Shown piece after piece: positions 29,170 to 39,186 of a DNA stretch of 64,000 nucleotides (the stretch's first letter is position 1; each line of letters starts with the position of its first letter). Source of the stretch: Vulcanimicrobiota bacterium. Its GTDB lineage: Bacteria > Vulcanimicrobiota > Vulcanimicrobiia > Vulcanimicrobiales > Vulcanimicrobiaceae. The notes below the pieces were generated by a model. The model was not told the DNA's origin and ran no database searches. It worked only from the letters and a program-made list of their open reading frames with translations. The stretch spans positions 192,001-256,000 of the forward strand of contig CAWHWQ010000002.1 of the NCBI GenBank assembly GCA_963833095.1, given 5' to 3'. The translations under genes and the position numbers were made by a program.

Positions 29170-31289
29170 TCCGCAACAAGCAGTGCCAGCGTGCGCGCGC
29201 GCAGCGGAAAGACCGCGCCTGGAAGAAAGCGCGAGTCGGCTGCAAGCCGTTGCGGCCGCGTCGTGTCGATCACCAGGCGCCAGCCCACAAACGTGGGCAG
29301 CGTGGGAAGGATGAAGGGGATCTCATGCTCGTGCGCATTGAGGAGCATGAGAAACGTATCGTCGTATTCGGGGTAGCCGCGCATGCTCACGAAGCGATCG
29401 CCGGTATCACCGCCAAAGAGCGCTGCGAGAGAGCGCCGCGTGGTGTCGTGCCAGTCGGCATCGACCATCTCACGTCCGCTCGCATCGATCCAGCTGATAT
29501 CTTTGAGGCCGCTCGGCGAGACGGCGTTTCCTTTGAAATAGTGCGGGCGCCGAAAGAGCGGGTGTTCGCGCCGTAGTTCGATCAGATCGCGCACGAAGTC
29601 GACCAGCTCGGGATCTTCTTGTACGTCGGTCCAGGAGAGCCAGCCGATTTCGTTGTCTTGGCAATAGGCATTGTTATTGCCAAGCTGCGTGTTATTGACC
29701 TCATCGCCGGCAAGCAGCATCGGCAGGCCTTGCGAAAGCAAGAGCGTTGCGAGCAAATTGCGCTTGAGCTGCGCGCGCATATTGCGAATCGCCTGATCGT
29801 CAGTCGGCCCTTCGGCGCCGCAGTTCCAACTGTAATTGTGATCGTGACCGTCGAGATTGTGCTCGAGATTGGCTTCGTTGTGCTTGCGCTCGTAGCTGAC
29901 CAGATCGTTGAGCGTAAAACCGTCGTGCGCGGTGACGAAGTTGACGCTCGAGCGCGGGCGCCGTCCGGTGCGATCGAAGATGTCGCTCGAGCCGGTCAGA
30001 CGCGACGCGAACTCGGGAATCGTGCCGTCGTTGCCCTGCCAAAAGCGGCGCACGGTGTCGCGGTAGCGGTCGTTCCATTCCGACCAACCCGCGGGAAAGT
30101 TTCCGAGTTGATAGCCGCCCGGCGAGAGATCCCACGGCTCGGCGATCAGCTTGACGCGCGAGAGCACGGGATCTTGCTGCACCGCTGCGAGGAACGCGCT
30201 GCCTTGGGTGAAGGCGCCTTCAGGACGTCCAAGCGCCGGCGCGAGGTCGAAACGAAAGCCGTCGACGTGCATCTCGTTGACCCAATAGCGCAGCGAGTCG
30301 GTGACCATCTGCAGCGTGCGCGGATGCACGAGATTGAGGGTATTGCCGCAACCCGTATAGTCGGCGTAATAACGGCCATTATCGAGATGGTAGTAGCTCT
30401 TATTGTCGATGCCGCGCAACGACAGCGTCGGCCCGAGATGATTGCCTTCGGCGGTGTGGTTGTACACGACGTCCAGCAACACTTCGATGCCCGCTTCGTG
30501 AAGGCGCTTGACCATCGTCTTGAACTCGCCCAGCGACGAGCCCGAGAGCAGACGTGGATCCGGCGCAAAAAAGGCGATCGAATTATAGCCCCAATAGTTG
30601 CGCAAGCGGTGCTCCACCAAATGGCGATCGTCGACCGCAGCGTGCACCGGCAGCAGTTCGACTGTCGTGATCCCCAGACGCGCGAGATACTCGATTACCG
30701 CCGGTGAGGCCAGACCAGCAAATGTCCCGCGCAGCTCGGGGTTGACGTGCGGATGTTTGATCGTAAAGCCGCGCACGTGCATTTCGTAGACGACGGTTTC
30801 GTGCCAGCGCGTGTACAACCGCCGGTCTTCGCCCCAGGTAAACGCGGTATCGACCACGACGCACTTGGGCATCGCGGCGGCATTGTCGCGTCGGTCGAAG
30901 GAAAGATCGGCGCGCGACGATCCGAGTCGATAACCGAAATTCGCATCGGTCCAGCGCACGAAGCCGTAGAGTTGTTTCGCGTAGGGATCGATCAGCAGCT
31001 TGTGATGATTGAAACGGTGCCCGCGCTCGGGATCGTAGGGGCCGTAGACGCGATACCCGTAGAGCGTGCCGCGCTCGATCTCGGGCAGATATCCGTGCCA
31101 GATCTGATCGGTGAACTCGGGTAACGCGATTCGGCGCAGTTCGCGCGTGCCCCGCGAATCGAACAAACAGAGCTCGACGCGTTCGGCATTTTCGGAAAAG
31201 AGCGCAAAGTTGACGCCGCTGCCGTCCCAGGTCGCACCCAGCGGATAGGGACGGCCAGGGAGAACCGCAGCGCGGCCGGCCGGTTTCAT
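29166..31289 (-). CDS. glgX: Glycogen debranching enzyme GlgX (GH13)
   Basis: [32 protein letters not shown] and FVTAHDGF motifs. Confidence 0.95.
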   Translation of the reverse strand: MKPAGRAAVLPGRPYPLGATWDGSGVNFALFSENAERVELCLFDSRGTRELRRIALPEFTDQIWHGYLPEIERGTLYGYRVYGPYDPERGHRFNHHKLLIDPYAKQLYGFVRWTDANFGYRLGSSRADLSFDRRDNAAAMPKCVVVDTAFTWGEDRRLYTRWHETVVYEMHVRGFTIKHPHVNPELRGTFAGLASPAVIEYLARLGITTVELLPVHAAVDDRHLVEHRLRNYWGYNSIAFFAPDPRLLSGSSLGEFKTMVKRLHEAGIEVLLDVVYNHTAEGNHLGPTLSLRGIDNKSYYHLDNGRYYADYTGCGNTLNLVHPRTLQMVTDSLRYWVNEMHVDGFRFDLAPALGRPEGAFTQGSAFLAAVQQDPVLSRVKLIAEPWDLSPGGYQLGNFPAGWSEWNDRYRDTVRRFWQGNDGTIPEFASRLTGSSDIFDRTGRRPRSSVNFVTAHDGFTLNDLVSYERKHNEANLEHNLDGHDHNYSWNCGAEGPTDDQAIRNMRAQLKRNLLATLLLSQGLPMLLAGDEVNNTQLGNNNAYCQDNEIGWLSWTDVQEDPELVDFVRDLIELRREHPLFRRPHYFKGNAVSPSGLKDISWIDASGREMVDADWHDTTRRSLAALFGGDTGDRFVSMRGYPEYDDTFLMLLNAHEHEIPFILPTLPTFVGWRLVIDTTRPQRLAADSRFLPGAVFPLRARTLALLVAE

Positions 31290-33130
31290 GCGCGCACCGG
31301 GCGGAAGTAGACCGCGGCAAGCGGCGGGAGCGTGATCGTGATCGATTGCTCGCGGCCATGCGACGCAGTCGCGTCGACACGGACGCGCCCAAGGTTGCCG
31401 ACGTTGCTGCCGCCGTAGCGCGCCGAATCGCTATTGAACACTTCTTCATACTCATCGGCGGCCGGAACGCCGATGCGATAGCCGTAACGCACGATCGGCG
31501 TAAAATTGCAGACCGCGATCAAGACGTCGTGCGGATCGCGACCATGACGCGCGAAGGAGATGGCGGAATTTTCAACGTCCTGATGGTCTATCCACGAGAA
31601 TCCTTCGTGTTCGTTGTCGCGCTCGTACAGGGCGCCGGTGCAGCGGTAGAGATGATTGAGATCGCGTACGAGCGTCTTGACGCCGGCATGGGGGCCATCG
31701 TCGTCCACGAGCGCATCCCAATCTAGGCTGCGGTCGTGATTCCACTCGCGGCTCTGCGCGAACTCATCGCCCATGAAGAGCAGCTTCTTCCCGGGATGCG
31801 CGTACATGTAGCTGTAGAGCAGACGCACGTTGGCGAACTGCTGCCAGCGATCGCCGGGCATCTTCTCGAGGATCGAGCCTTTGCCGTGGACGACTTCGTC
31901 GTGCGAAAGCGGCAGCACGAAGTTCTCATCGAATGCGTAGATCAGCGAAAACGTCAACTCGTCGTGATGATATTTGCGATGCACGGGCTCGTGTGAGAGA
32001 TACTGCAACGTGTCGTGCATCCAGCCCATGTTCCACTTAAACCCGAAGCCCAAGCCGCCGAGATAGGTCGGCGCCGATACTTTGGGCCATGCGGTCGACT
32101 CTTCGGCGACCGTGATGATGCCGGGCACGTCGCGATAGACGGTTTCATTGGTGCGCTTGAGAAACGCGATGGCTTCCAAATTTTCGCGGCCGCCGTATTG
32201 ATTGGGCACCCACTCGCCGGGTTCGCGGCTGTAATCGAGGTAGAGCATCGAAGCGACCGCATCGACGCGCAGCCCGTCGACGCCGTATTCTTGCAGCCAA
32301 AACAGCGCGTTGTTCACGAGATAGTCGGCGACTTCGGTGCGTCCGAAATTGAAGATGTAGGTATCCCAATCGGGATGCCAGCCTTGGCGTGGGTCGGCAT
32401 GCTCGTACAGATGCGTGCCGTCGAAGAGCGCGAGCCCATGTTCATCGCTCGGAAAATGGCCGGCGACCCAATCGACGATCACGCCGATGCCCATCGCATG
32501 TGCGCGGTCGACGAAATTGCGAAACTCGCGCGGCGTTCCGAAACGCGACGTCGGCGCGTAGAGGCCTATCGGTTGATAGCCCCATGATCCGTCAAACGGA
32601 TGCTCGGAGACCGGCATCAGCTCGAGATGCGTAAAACCCATTTCTTTGACGTAGGGCAAGAGGCGATCGGCAAGCTCGTTGTAGGTGAGAAATCGGTTAT
32701 CTTCTTCGGGTACGCGCTGCCATGAGCCCAAGTGCACTTCGTAAATCGCCATCGGCGCGCCACGATGCTGCATTCCGCCACGTGCGAGCGTCCAGGCGTC
32801 GCTCGTAGATGACGGGAGACGCGTCACGATCGAGGCCGTACTCGGCCGCAACTCACAGGCGAAGGCGTACGGATCGGCCTTGAGCGGCAACAATGTACCG
32901 TCGTCCGCATAAATCGCAAACTTGTAGCGCGCGCCTTCGTGCACGCCCGGAACGAACACGCGCCACACACCCGTGCCGTGCTCGACGTGCATTGCATGCG
33001 CGCCGAGCTGCCAGCCGTTAAAGTCGCCGACGACGTTGGCCGCGCTCGCGCTCGGCGCCCACACGGCGAACTCAACGCCGTCTTGACCGTCGCGGGAGCG
33101 ATGGTGTGCGCCCATCCCTTGATAATGCAT
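31286..33130 (-). CDS. glgB: 1,4-alpha-glucan branching enzyme
   Basis: [32 protein letters not shown] and [10 protein letters not shown] motifs. Confidence 0.95.
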   Translation of the reverse strand: MHYQGMGAHHRSRDGQDGVEFAVWAPSASAANVVGDFNGWQLGAHAMHVEHGTGVWRVFVPGVHEGARYKFAIYADDGTLLPLKADPYAFACELRPSTASIVTRLPSSTSDAWTLARGGMQHRGAPMAIYEVHLGSWQRVPEEDNRFLTYNELADRLLPYVKEMGFTHLELMPVSEHPFDGSWGYQPIGLYAPTSRFGTPREFRNFVDRAHAMGIGVIVDWVAGHFPSDEHGLALFDGTHLYEHADPRQGWHPDWDTYIFNFGRTEVADYLVNNALFWLQEYGVDGLRVDAVASMLYLDYSREPGEWVPNQYGGRENLEAIAFLKRTNETVYRDVPGIITVAEESTAWPKVSAPTYLGGLGFGFKWNMGWMHDTLQYLSHEPVHRKYHHDELTFSLIYAFDENFVLPLSHDEVVHGKGSILEKMPGDRWQQFANVRLLYSYMYAHPGKKLLFMGDEFAQSREWNHDRSLDWDALVDDDGPHAGVKTLVRDLNHLYRCTGALYERDNEHEGFSWIDHQDVENSAISFARHGRDPHDVLIAVCNFTPIVRYGYRIGVPAADEYEEVFNSDSARYGGSNVGNLGRVRVDATASHGREQSITITLPPLAAVYFRPVRA

Positions 33131-33137
33131 GAAATGG

Positions 33138-33731
33138 TTAGTGGGTTATTCCGGTGAGAGCATCGTACACGGCGCGCGTTCGGTCACGCAAGTGTTCCAC
33201 GTCGCCGTCGTTATCGATGACGTAATCGGCGCGCGCACGTGCCTCTTCCGGATCGATTTGCGTCTTCATGCGCGCGAGGACGTGCTCTGCGTCGGTATGA
33301 TCGCGCTCGACCACGCGTGCGATGCGTTGCTCGGCGGGCGCAATGACGACGATCGATTTCTGCACCATATCGATGTAACCGCTCTCGAAGAGCAGCGGCA
33401 CGACGTGGACCACGAGTTGATCGGGCTTGGCATGCGCGGCATGTTCGGCCGCCAAGCGGCGCACGAACGGATGCACGATCTCATTAAGCCGATTGAGCGC
33501 TTGCGGATCGGAGAAGACCACCTCGGCCAGCGCCGCGCGATCGAGTCCGCCACCGCGCACGAACTGCGGCCAGACGTGCGCAATCGCAAGCAGGCCGTCG
33601 GAGTTGGGGGCAACCGCCTCGCGTGCGAGTTGATCGGTATCGATGATGTACGCGCCGAGCTCTGCGAAGATGCGAGCAACCTCGCTCTTCCCCGCTCCGA
33701 TTCCACCGGTCAGCCCAACCTGCAATCCCAT
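33138..33731 (-). CDS. coaE: Dephospho-CoA kinase
   Basis: [24 protein letters not shown] and ADYVIDN motifs. Confidence 0.93.
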   Translation of the reverse strand: MGLQVGLTGGIGAGKSEVARIFAELGAYIIDTDQLAREAVAPNSDGLLAIAHVWPQFVRGGGLDRAALAEVVFSDPQALNRLNEIVHPFVRRLAAEHAAHAKPDQLVVHVVPLLFESGYIDMVQKSIVVIAPAEQRIARVVERDHTDAEHVLARMKTQIDPEEARARADYVIDNDGDVEHLRDRTRAVYDALTGITH

Positions 33732-33767
33732 GGGAGGCGGACTCTTCGCCGCAACGGCGCTGGACCC

Positions 33768-34241
33768 TCACATAGGCACGCACAACGACCGAAGCGACGT
33801 TTCGAGCACGGAATCGAGGCGCTCCAAGTGACGTGCAGACAGCAGGGCGGCAAACAAGACGTCGCCGCGCACCGCGAATGTTGTGGCCTGGAGAACGCCC
33901 GCCCCCGCTCCCTGCTTGCTAACGCCGACTGTTTCCCAACCGCTCTGCTTACCGCCGCAGATTCGCACAGCGCGATCGTACACAATGACACCCCCGCTGA
34001 GCTCTTCAGCTTTCAAAAGAGCACGGTGCGCTTCTACTAACGTTCCCTTCCCCGGCCGTTCGGCGAGCGCAATGTTGGCGTCCCCGCTTGGACTTATCCA
34101 CACGCCGATAACCGTTCCGTCCTGAATGTTCGGCCTCACCGTATGCGCACTCCATCCAAACGGCGGCAATAAGCTCGCTTGAGGAGCCGGCGATGCCGCC
34201 ACCATCACCACAGAAAGCAAAAGAAGAAGGCGCAGAGTCAT
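33768..34241 (-). CDS. Secreted hypothetical protein (possible PsbP/DcrB-like fold, two Cys)
   Basis: Signal MTLRLLLLLSVVMVAA; PPFGW...ICGGKQ...SLRSLC. Confidence 0.6.
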   Translation of the reverse strand: MTLRLLLLLSVVMVAASPAPQASLLPPFGWSAHTVRPNIQDGTVIGVWISPSGDANIALAERPGKGTLVEAHRALLKAEELSGGVIVYDRAVRICGGKQSGWETVGVSKQGAGAGVLQATTFAVRGDVLFAALLSARHLERLDSVLETSLRSLCVPM

Positions 34242-34378
34242 GCCCGCACGGGTTCCTCCTAACTCGTTCCCACCCTTCGACAAACTCTCGGTCATAGAAA
34301 CAAAACGGCAATAGGTCGAACACATTTTGGAAACACGCGGCTCTGACGGTTACGCCATCAATTCCCGAACCGAAAATA

Positions 34379-34570
34379 TTGCAAGCCGATTGGTTCCAAT
34401 GTACCAAGGGGCGAACTAACCCGTCCAAAAAGTGTCAGCGCAGCTCAGCGAACAATCCGCGCCCGGTGAGTGCATCCGACATAACGAACATTGAATCGAA
34501 TAATGGCGAGGGGGGCTTCCACGTACACAACTGTTTCACTGGGCCGCTTCCGGCCTCCGATCTGGGGTAG
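34379..34570 (+). pseudogene. Probable C-terminal remnant of an island paralog
   Basis: Ends HNCFTGPLPASDLG*, similar to QRCFTGGANFG* of the 34701 protein. No good start or signal. Confidence 0.4.
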
Positions 34571-34572
34571 TG

Positions 34573-34704
34573 ATGCTCATCGCCTTAGCGCTTGCCGCTA
34601 GCGTCGCGCTCGAAACGCCGACGCCTCTTCCGCCGCTCGTGGGGCACGGCTGTTACGGTTCGCATCGCATACGCTTTCCCTCGAATTCGGAGTGTGTATC
34701 TTGA
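34573..34704 (+). pseudogene. 43-aa ORF, probable truncated N-terminus of an island paralog
   Basis: MLIALALAASVALETPTPLPPLVGHGCYGS...*: a signal peptide plus the first Cys motif. Stop overlaps the next TTG. Confidence 0.45.
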
Positions 34705-35390
34705 AGAAGCTATTTACGAGCCTCCTATCTGTTGCGGTCATCTCGACCGCTGCATGCTCCGGTGGTCAGAACGGATTGCCGGGCACAGCTACGACGAACA
34801 GTGCACAAAATATAAGCGCCGGCCCCTCACAAAAAACGCCGGCTTACTCGAACGCACCCGGAGGTGGGGGAGATGGCAGCGGCAATCCGACGGGCGTGGG
34901 CGGTGGCGGCGGCGGGGGCACGCCCGTCTGCTATTCCGTAACGCGCGGCAAAGTTCACGTCGACTGCGGCGGCGACGGCGGCACGCCCGTCGCCGTTCAT
35001 CCGGGTCCAATGGATGGTCAGACGTGCAACGGCTCGACGTTAGCGATCGGTGATAACGTCGGAGCGGTCAACGGCCATCCCGAAACGATTACGGATATCA
35101 ACGTGATTGCTTCGGCCGCGGGCCTCCCGTTTTCCACTGCAAATGGCCAGCTGGGCGTCGATACCTACACGGCCGGCTGGATTTACCTAGACGCAAATGG
35201 TAACTATTGGGTCCAATCGAACCCCGCTGCAAATTGGAGCGTATCCGTCGGCCTTTCGGCGTGGTTCGTTTCCTTCGGCATCAGCGCCCCCTCGGTCACG
35301 ACGCCGATGTACGCGGGGACGACGGCGCCAACAATGCCTTCGGGTACGACGACTCAGCGTTGCTTTACGGGGGGCGCAAACTTTGGCTAA
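34701..35390 (+). CDS. Hypothetical lipoprotein (island paralog A)
   Basis: TTG start MKKLFTSLLSVAVISTAAC lipobox, a Gly-rich linker, and a domain bracketed by Cys (TCNGS...GWIYLD...RCFTG). Confidence 0.7.
   Translation: MKKLFTSLLSVAVISTAACSGGQNGLPGTATTNSAQNISAGPSQKTPAYSNAPGGGGDGSGNPTGVGGGGGGGTPVCYSVTRGKVHVDCGGDGGTPVAVHPGPMDGQTCNGSTLAIGDNVGAVNGHPETITDINVIASAAGLPFSTANGQLGVDTYTAGWIYLDANGNYWVQSNPAANWSVSVGLSAWFVSFGISAPSVTTPMYAGTTAPTMPSGTTTQRCFTGGANFG
34731..34789 (+). repeat. 59-bp direct repeat, copy 1 (lipoprotein signal-encoding)
   Basis: 57/59 identical to 35787-35845. Confidence 0.92.
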
Positions 35391-35772
35391 GGCTGTAGCG
35401 CTCGCATTGATTCTTTGCTCGGCCTCGATTGGAAGAGTCGAAGCGCTCCCGTGCGCCAGCCCCCTTGGCATCTATGATAACGTTGGCTCTAGCATCGCAA
35501 GGAACCCAGCCGGGGAACCGCTTGCGTACTACTCCATTGTCGCCATTGCCTTACTCGTGGACGTTGGTTCAACGCATCAGGAGGGATGGTACTACCTGGA
35601 CGATCACGGAATGCTAAGCGCCCAGCTAGGAAAGGATGCTTCGAAGCGCACTATCGATTGGTTCGCTCAACGAGGTTCCTCGAGCGGAGTGGGTGTCGCG
35701 CAGCTCTATCACGTAGCGAAGGGGCTACCTGACTGGCTAAAGCTAGCCCCCTGTCAGGCGCGGATCAAATAA
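35383..35772 (+). CDS. Secreted hypothetical protein (island paralog B)
   Basis: TTG overlaps the stop of A. Signal MAKAVALALILCS; PCASPLGIYDNVG...GWYYLD...PCQ. Confidence 0.65.
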   Translation: MAKAVALALILCSASIGRVEALPCASPLGIYDNVGSSIARNPAGEPLAYYSIVAIALLVDVGSTHQEGWYYLDDHGMLSAQLGKDASKRTIDWFAQRGSSSGVGVAQLYHVAKGLPDWLKLAPCQARIK

Positions 35773-36191
35773 GAGGCCTACTGTCGGTTGCGGTTATCTC
35801 GACCGCTGCATGCTCCGGTGGTCAGAACGGATTGCCGGACACAGCAGCCTTGCTACTACCAACGCCAGCTGGCGATACCGAGCGATCGTTTTGCGGCAGC
35901 GCTTTGCAGATGCGGCAGCTGAATCTTCCGGCGAACGATACAAGCCAGGCTACGCAAGTCGCTCACGGTAGTGTTATCTACATCGGTGACCGGTTTGTCG
36001 GCTTTCTCTACGCCACGCAATCAGAGGGGATCTACGTTCATTTTGGCCCCGTTGAAAGACCGAACAATGTAGCCGCCGCCGATGAGCGCCTCGCTGCCCA
36101 CATCCTAGGAGCGCAGGCAATTTCTGGATTCCAGCGGCTAACACTGGAGAATGCCTCGTTGGCCGGAATCAACGTTATGGCGTGTTATTGA
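35769..36191 (+). CDS. Hypothetical lipoprotein (island paralog C); start non-canonical or lost
   Basis: Frame is open upstream of the TTG at 35832 and reads (I)RGLLSVAVISTAACSGGQNGLPD. FCGSAL...GFLY...MACY. Confidence 0.55.
   Translation: MRGLLSVAVISTAACSGGQNGLPDTAALLLPTPAGDTERSFCGSALQMRQLNLPANDTSQATQVAHGSVIYIGDRFVGFLYATQSEGIYVHFGPVERPNNVAAADERLAAHILGAQAISGFQRLTLENASLAGINVMACY
35787..35845 (+). repeat. 59-bp direct repeat, copy 2
   Basis: 57/59 identical to 34731-34789. Confidence 0.92.
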
Positions 36192-36208
36192 TCAACAACC
36201 TGCGAAAT

Positions 36209-36242
36209 AAAAATGGAGTGCGATTACTCGCACTCCATTTTT
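36209..36242. terminator. Bidirectional intrinsic terminator
   Basis: Perfect 15-bp inverted repeat AAAAATGGAGTGCGA-ttac-TCGCACTCCATTTTT between converging genes. Confidence 0.85.
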
Positions 36243-36252
36243 CGTTTCGTCG

Positions 36253-36294
36253 GTCCCTCGACTACGGCGCTTCGCGCCTACGCTCGGGATGACA
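36253..36294. repeat. REP-like extragenic palindrome
   Basis: GTCCCTCGACTACGGCGCTTCGCGCCTACGCTCGGGATGACA: an imperfect hairpin of the GTCATCC...GCGAAGC... type. Single copy in this window. Confidence 0.55.
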
Positions 36295-36319
36295 AGCGAT
36301 CGTCGCTCGCAATGAGACG

Positions 36320-37489
36320 TTACGCTTGGACGACTGAGTCGCCGATCGTACCAAGGCCCACTTCTTCATCGAGTGCCAGCGCTTCGATCTCTTCGGGCGG
36401 AACATCCGCAACGTGTTGGATCGAGGCGGTGATACGGCGCGTCGCGCTGTTGATCGAGACGAGCGTGACTTCGACGTCTTGGCCCGCGTTGAACTGCGCA
36501 GCCGGATCGAATTCGCCCTTGGGAACCATCGCGAGGATGCCCGGGAAGATTTCGACCAGCAAGTAGTTCGGCGTGACCTTGACGATCTGTGCCCCAAGCT
36601 TGTTCTCTTCGACCAGCTTGTCGGCGTGTTCGTCCCACGGATCGGGAAGCGCGTGCTTGAGCGAGAGACTGACTTTCTTCGCTTCCGCGTCGAACTTCAT
36701 GATCTCGACGTTGACGATGTCGCCGATCTTCACCACTTCCGAGGGATGCTTGATGCGCGCATAGCTCAGTTCACTGTTGTGAATGAGGCCGTCGATGCCG
36801 CCGAGATCGACGAACGCACCGAAGTCCGCAAGACGGACGACGACGCCTTCCCGAATTTGGCCGACTTCGAGCGTGTCGAGCAGCTCTTGCTTCTTGGCCT
36901 GCAGCTCTTCTTCGAGCACGAGGCGCTGCGAGAGCACGACGCGATGACGCTTGTGATCGAGATCGATCACCTTGAGGCGCAGCTTCTGACCGATGAGTTC
37001 ATCGAGGTTGCCGACAGGCTGGCGGCGGATCTGCGAAGCGGGCACGAAGCCGCGCATACCAAGGTCCACGAGCACGCCGCCCTTGACGACTTGCGTCACG
37101 GTGGCTTCGATGACTTCGTCGTTCTGATGCGCTTCAATGACCTTCTCCCAGGTCTTGAGCGCACGTGCGCGGCGCTCGGACAGGAACAGCGTTCCGTCCA
37201 TATCGTCGATGCGATGAATCATTACTTCTAACGAATCACCGACCTTGAGCGCCTTGGGATCGACCGCGAGCGAAAGTTCGCGGAATGGGAGCACGCCTTC
37301 GGATTTGCCGCCGACGTCGACGAGTAATTCGTCTTTGTCCTTCTGAACGATAAGACCGTTGAGGACTTGTCCTTCGTCGAGGACTTTCAGCGACTCTTCG
37401 TAGAGGCGCTGTTCGAGCGCGAGTTGATCTTCCTCGTAAGTAGCGGGAGCAATTTCAATCGTAGAGATGTTGTGGTTCCTACCTAACAA
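36320..37489 (-). CDS. rpsA: 30S ribosomal protein S1 (short form)
   Basis: VDVGGKSEG, VKGGVLVDLGMRGFVPASQI and DFGAFVDLGGIDGLIH S1 repeats. Confidence 0.92.
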   Translation of the reverse strand: MLGRNHNISTIEIAPATYEEDQLALEQRLYEESLKVLDEGQVLNGLIVQKDKDELLVDVGGKSEGVLPFRELSLAVDPKALKVGDSLEVMIHRIDDMDGTLFLSERRARALKTWEKVIEAHQNDEVIEATVTQVVKGGVLVDLGMRGFVPASQIRRQPVGNLDELIGQKLRLKVIDLDHKRHRVVLSQRLVLEEELQAKKQELLDTLEVGQIREGVVVRLADFGAFVDLGGIDGLIHNSELSYARIKHPSEVVKIGDIVNVEIMKFDAEAKKVSLSLKHALPDPWDEHADKLVEENKLGAQIVKVTPNYLLVEIFPGILAMVPKGEFDPAAQFNAGQDVEVTLVSINSATRRITASIQHVADVPPEEIEALALDEEVGLGTIGDSVVQA

Positions 37490-37505
37490 TTTGTATTTTT
37501 GCGAA

Positions 37506-38318
37506 TCAACGCTGACAGTTTCGACACCACCAGGTTCCGCGTTGCGCGATCACCGTTCGAACGATCGGTTTTCCGCACCGCAGACAAGGCTCTCCGAGCT
37601 TGCCGTACACCGAGAGGACGTTTTGAAATCCCCCTCGGAGGCCTTCGGCATCCACGTAATCATCGACGCTCGAGCCGCGCATTTCGGTTGCACGGGCCAA
37701 GACATCGCGGATCGCGTGGTAGAGCCGGAGAGTCGCCGGCTTCGTCAACGCCTTAGCGGGTCGACCGGGTCTGATCCCGGCTACCCATAACGCCTCGCAC
37801 GCATAGATGTTCCCGATGCCTGCGATGCGCCGTTGATCGAGGAGCAATGATTTAATCGGCGTCGTCCGCCCAGAGAGCATACCGATAAAGCCCTGCTGTG
37901 TAAAGCCTGGTGAAAGCGGCTCAACGCCCAAATCGGCGTCCCATGGGTCACCCGGCTCAACCAAGCGCATGCGCCCGAAGGTCCGCACGTCGGCAAAGCT
38001 CAGGCGCGTTCCATCCGTATAATGAAGCACCACGTGGGCGCCTGGATAGTCCGTCTCGCCTGGGCGCTGGAGCACGAGCCGGCCCGTCATCCGCAGGCTG
38101 GTGACCAATTTTCGACCTGAGCGCAGCTCCATCACCACGTACTTGGCGCGACGACCCACGCCCTCGATTCGCTCCCCCGGCAGGGCAGCGGCAAACTTGA
38201 CGCCGGGCGGCGCCTGGGCCATTTTGGGGAGATGAATCTTTACGGATTCGATCGTTTTGCCCGCGACCGTGTTGGCTAGGCCGCGGGCGATCGTCTCGAC
38301 CTCAGGTAACTCGGGCAC
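37506..38318 (-). CDS. mutM: Formamidopyrimidine-DNA glycosylase
   Basis: MPELPEVET N-terminus, IAGIGNIYACE H2TH and C-terminal CxxC...CxxC zinc finger. Confidence 0.95.
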   Translation of the reverse strand: MPELPEVETIARGLANTVAGKTIESVKIHLPKMAQAPPGVKFAAALPGERIEGVGRRAKYVVMELRSGRKLVTSLRMTGRLVLQRPGETDYPGAHVVLHYTDGTRLSFADVRTFGRMRLVEPGDPWDADLGVEPLSPGFTQQGFIGMLSGRTTPIKSLLLDQRRIAGIGNIYACEALWVAGIRPGRPAKALTKPATLRLYHAIRDVLARATEMRGSSVDDYVDAEGLRGGFQNVLSVYGKLGEPCLRCGKPIVRTVIAQRGTWWCRNCQR

Positions 38319-38327
38319 TCGCCCAGA

Positions 38328-38705
38328 TTACCAGCCGTTGCCGCGCGTAACCTCGACAAAGCGGGTTTGGCCGACAACCGGCGTGATCAACGCGTTGTAT
38401 TGGCCCGGCGAATCGTCGCCGAAGGCACTGATCGTGTGGAGATCGGGCGTGAGACGGGCAAAGCAGAAGTTCCCGCTGGGCTGCACGGAAGTGCTTACGA
38501 CTTCGGTCGCAGAACGCGCGACGATGATGTTCGAGGGAATGCTTTCGTGTTGCAGTGCGACGACGAGCAACGGATCGACATCGAGGTGCCCACAGACCTG
38601 ACCCGTGCCAAACGGGATCGGGGCGTTGGTCTCAGCAGATGCACAGAGTGGTGTCGCGATGAGCGCTGCTCCGAGCGCCATAGCAGACAGAAGTGAACGT
38701 TTCAT
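38328..38705 (-). CDS. Secreted hypothetical protein
   Basis: Signal MKRSLLSAMALGAALIA; small beta-rich domain. Confidence 0.6.
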   Translation of the reverse strand: MKRSLLSAMALGAALIATPLCASAETNAPIPFGTGQVCGHLDVDPLLVVALQHESIPSNIIVARSATEVVSTSVQPSGNFCFARLTPDLHTISAFGDDSPGQYNALITPVVGQTRFVEVTRGNGW

Positions 38706-38742
38706 GCCCTCTATAACGCGCACTCCGTCGAATTAGTGACAG

Positions 38743-39186
38743 CTACGTGTGTTGCGCCACTAATTCTGAGAGATGCACGCCGGGCGCGATACCATCTTTG
38801 GCCGCCTCGCCCGCGGGTAATTCAATGACGTATTTTGCCGTACCGCCGCGGCGCGGAATCGCGTCGTCGGGCGCGTCTTCGGGCACAACGGGTACGTTGG
38901 CTGCAACGCCGCGCACCGTTCCGTCGGCGGCGACGAACACCATATCCAGCGGCACGAGCGTATCTTTCATCCAAAATTCGACCGGCTGATCCATCTCGAA
39001 CACGAACACCATGCCGGTATGCACGGGCAAGTCGGTGACGCTCATCAAGCCGGTTTCGCGTTGGTCTTCGGTCTTGGCGACTTGCAGCGTTAGCGTCACG
39101 CGCGGCGCATGCACCCTGATCGTCGGCAAGTGTTGCGGCGCCGGCGTCGCCGCAGCGACAAGCACGGCAAACAGCAGCGCGATCAT
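38743..39186 (-). CDS. DUF192 family protein
   Basis: QRETGLM, GMVFVF, FWMKDTLVPLDMVF and YVIELPAG motifs. Confidence 0.9.
   Translation of the reverse strand: MIALLFAVLVAAATPAPQHLPTIRVHAPRVTLTLQVAKTEDQRETGLMSVTDLPVHTGMVFVFEMDQPVEFWMKDTLVPLDMVFVAADGTVRGVAANVPVVPEDAPDDAIPRRGGTAKYVIELPAGEAAKDGIAPGVHLSELVAQHT

Noticed and set aside
29619..30707. Long antisense ORFs over glgX and many other genes
   Set aside because: Typical high-GC shadow ORFs opposite well-supported genes, with no recognisable motifs.
34317..34330. Possible second SOS box CGAACACATTTTGG
   Set aside because: The right half-site deviates at two positions. Too weak alone.
34731..35845. 59-bp repeat as a DGR template/variable repeat or prophage att sites
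   Set aside because: Only two mismatches (C/T, G/A), located at N-terminal signal sequences. No RT, integrase or tRNA nearby.
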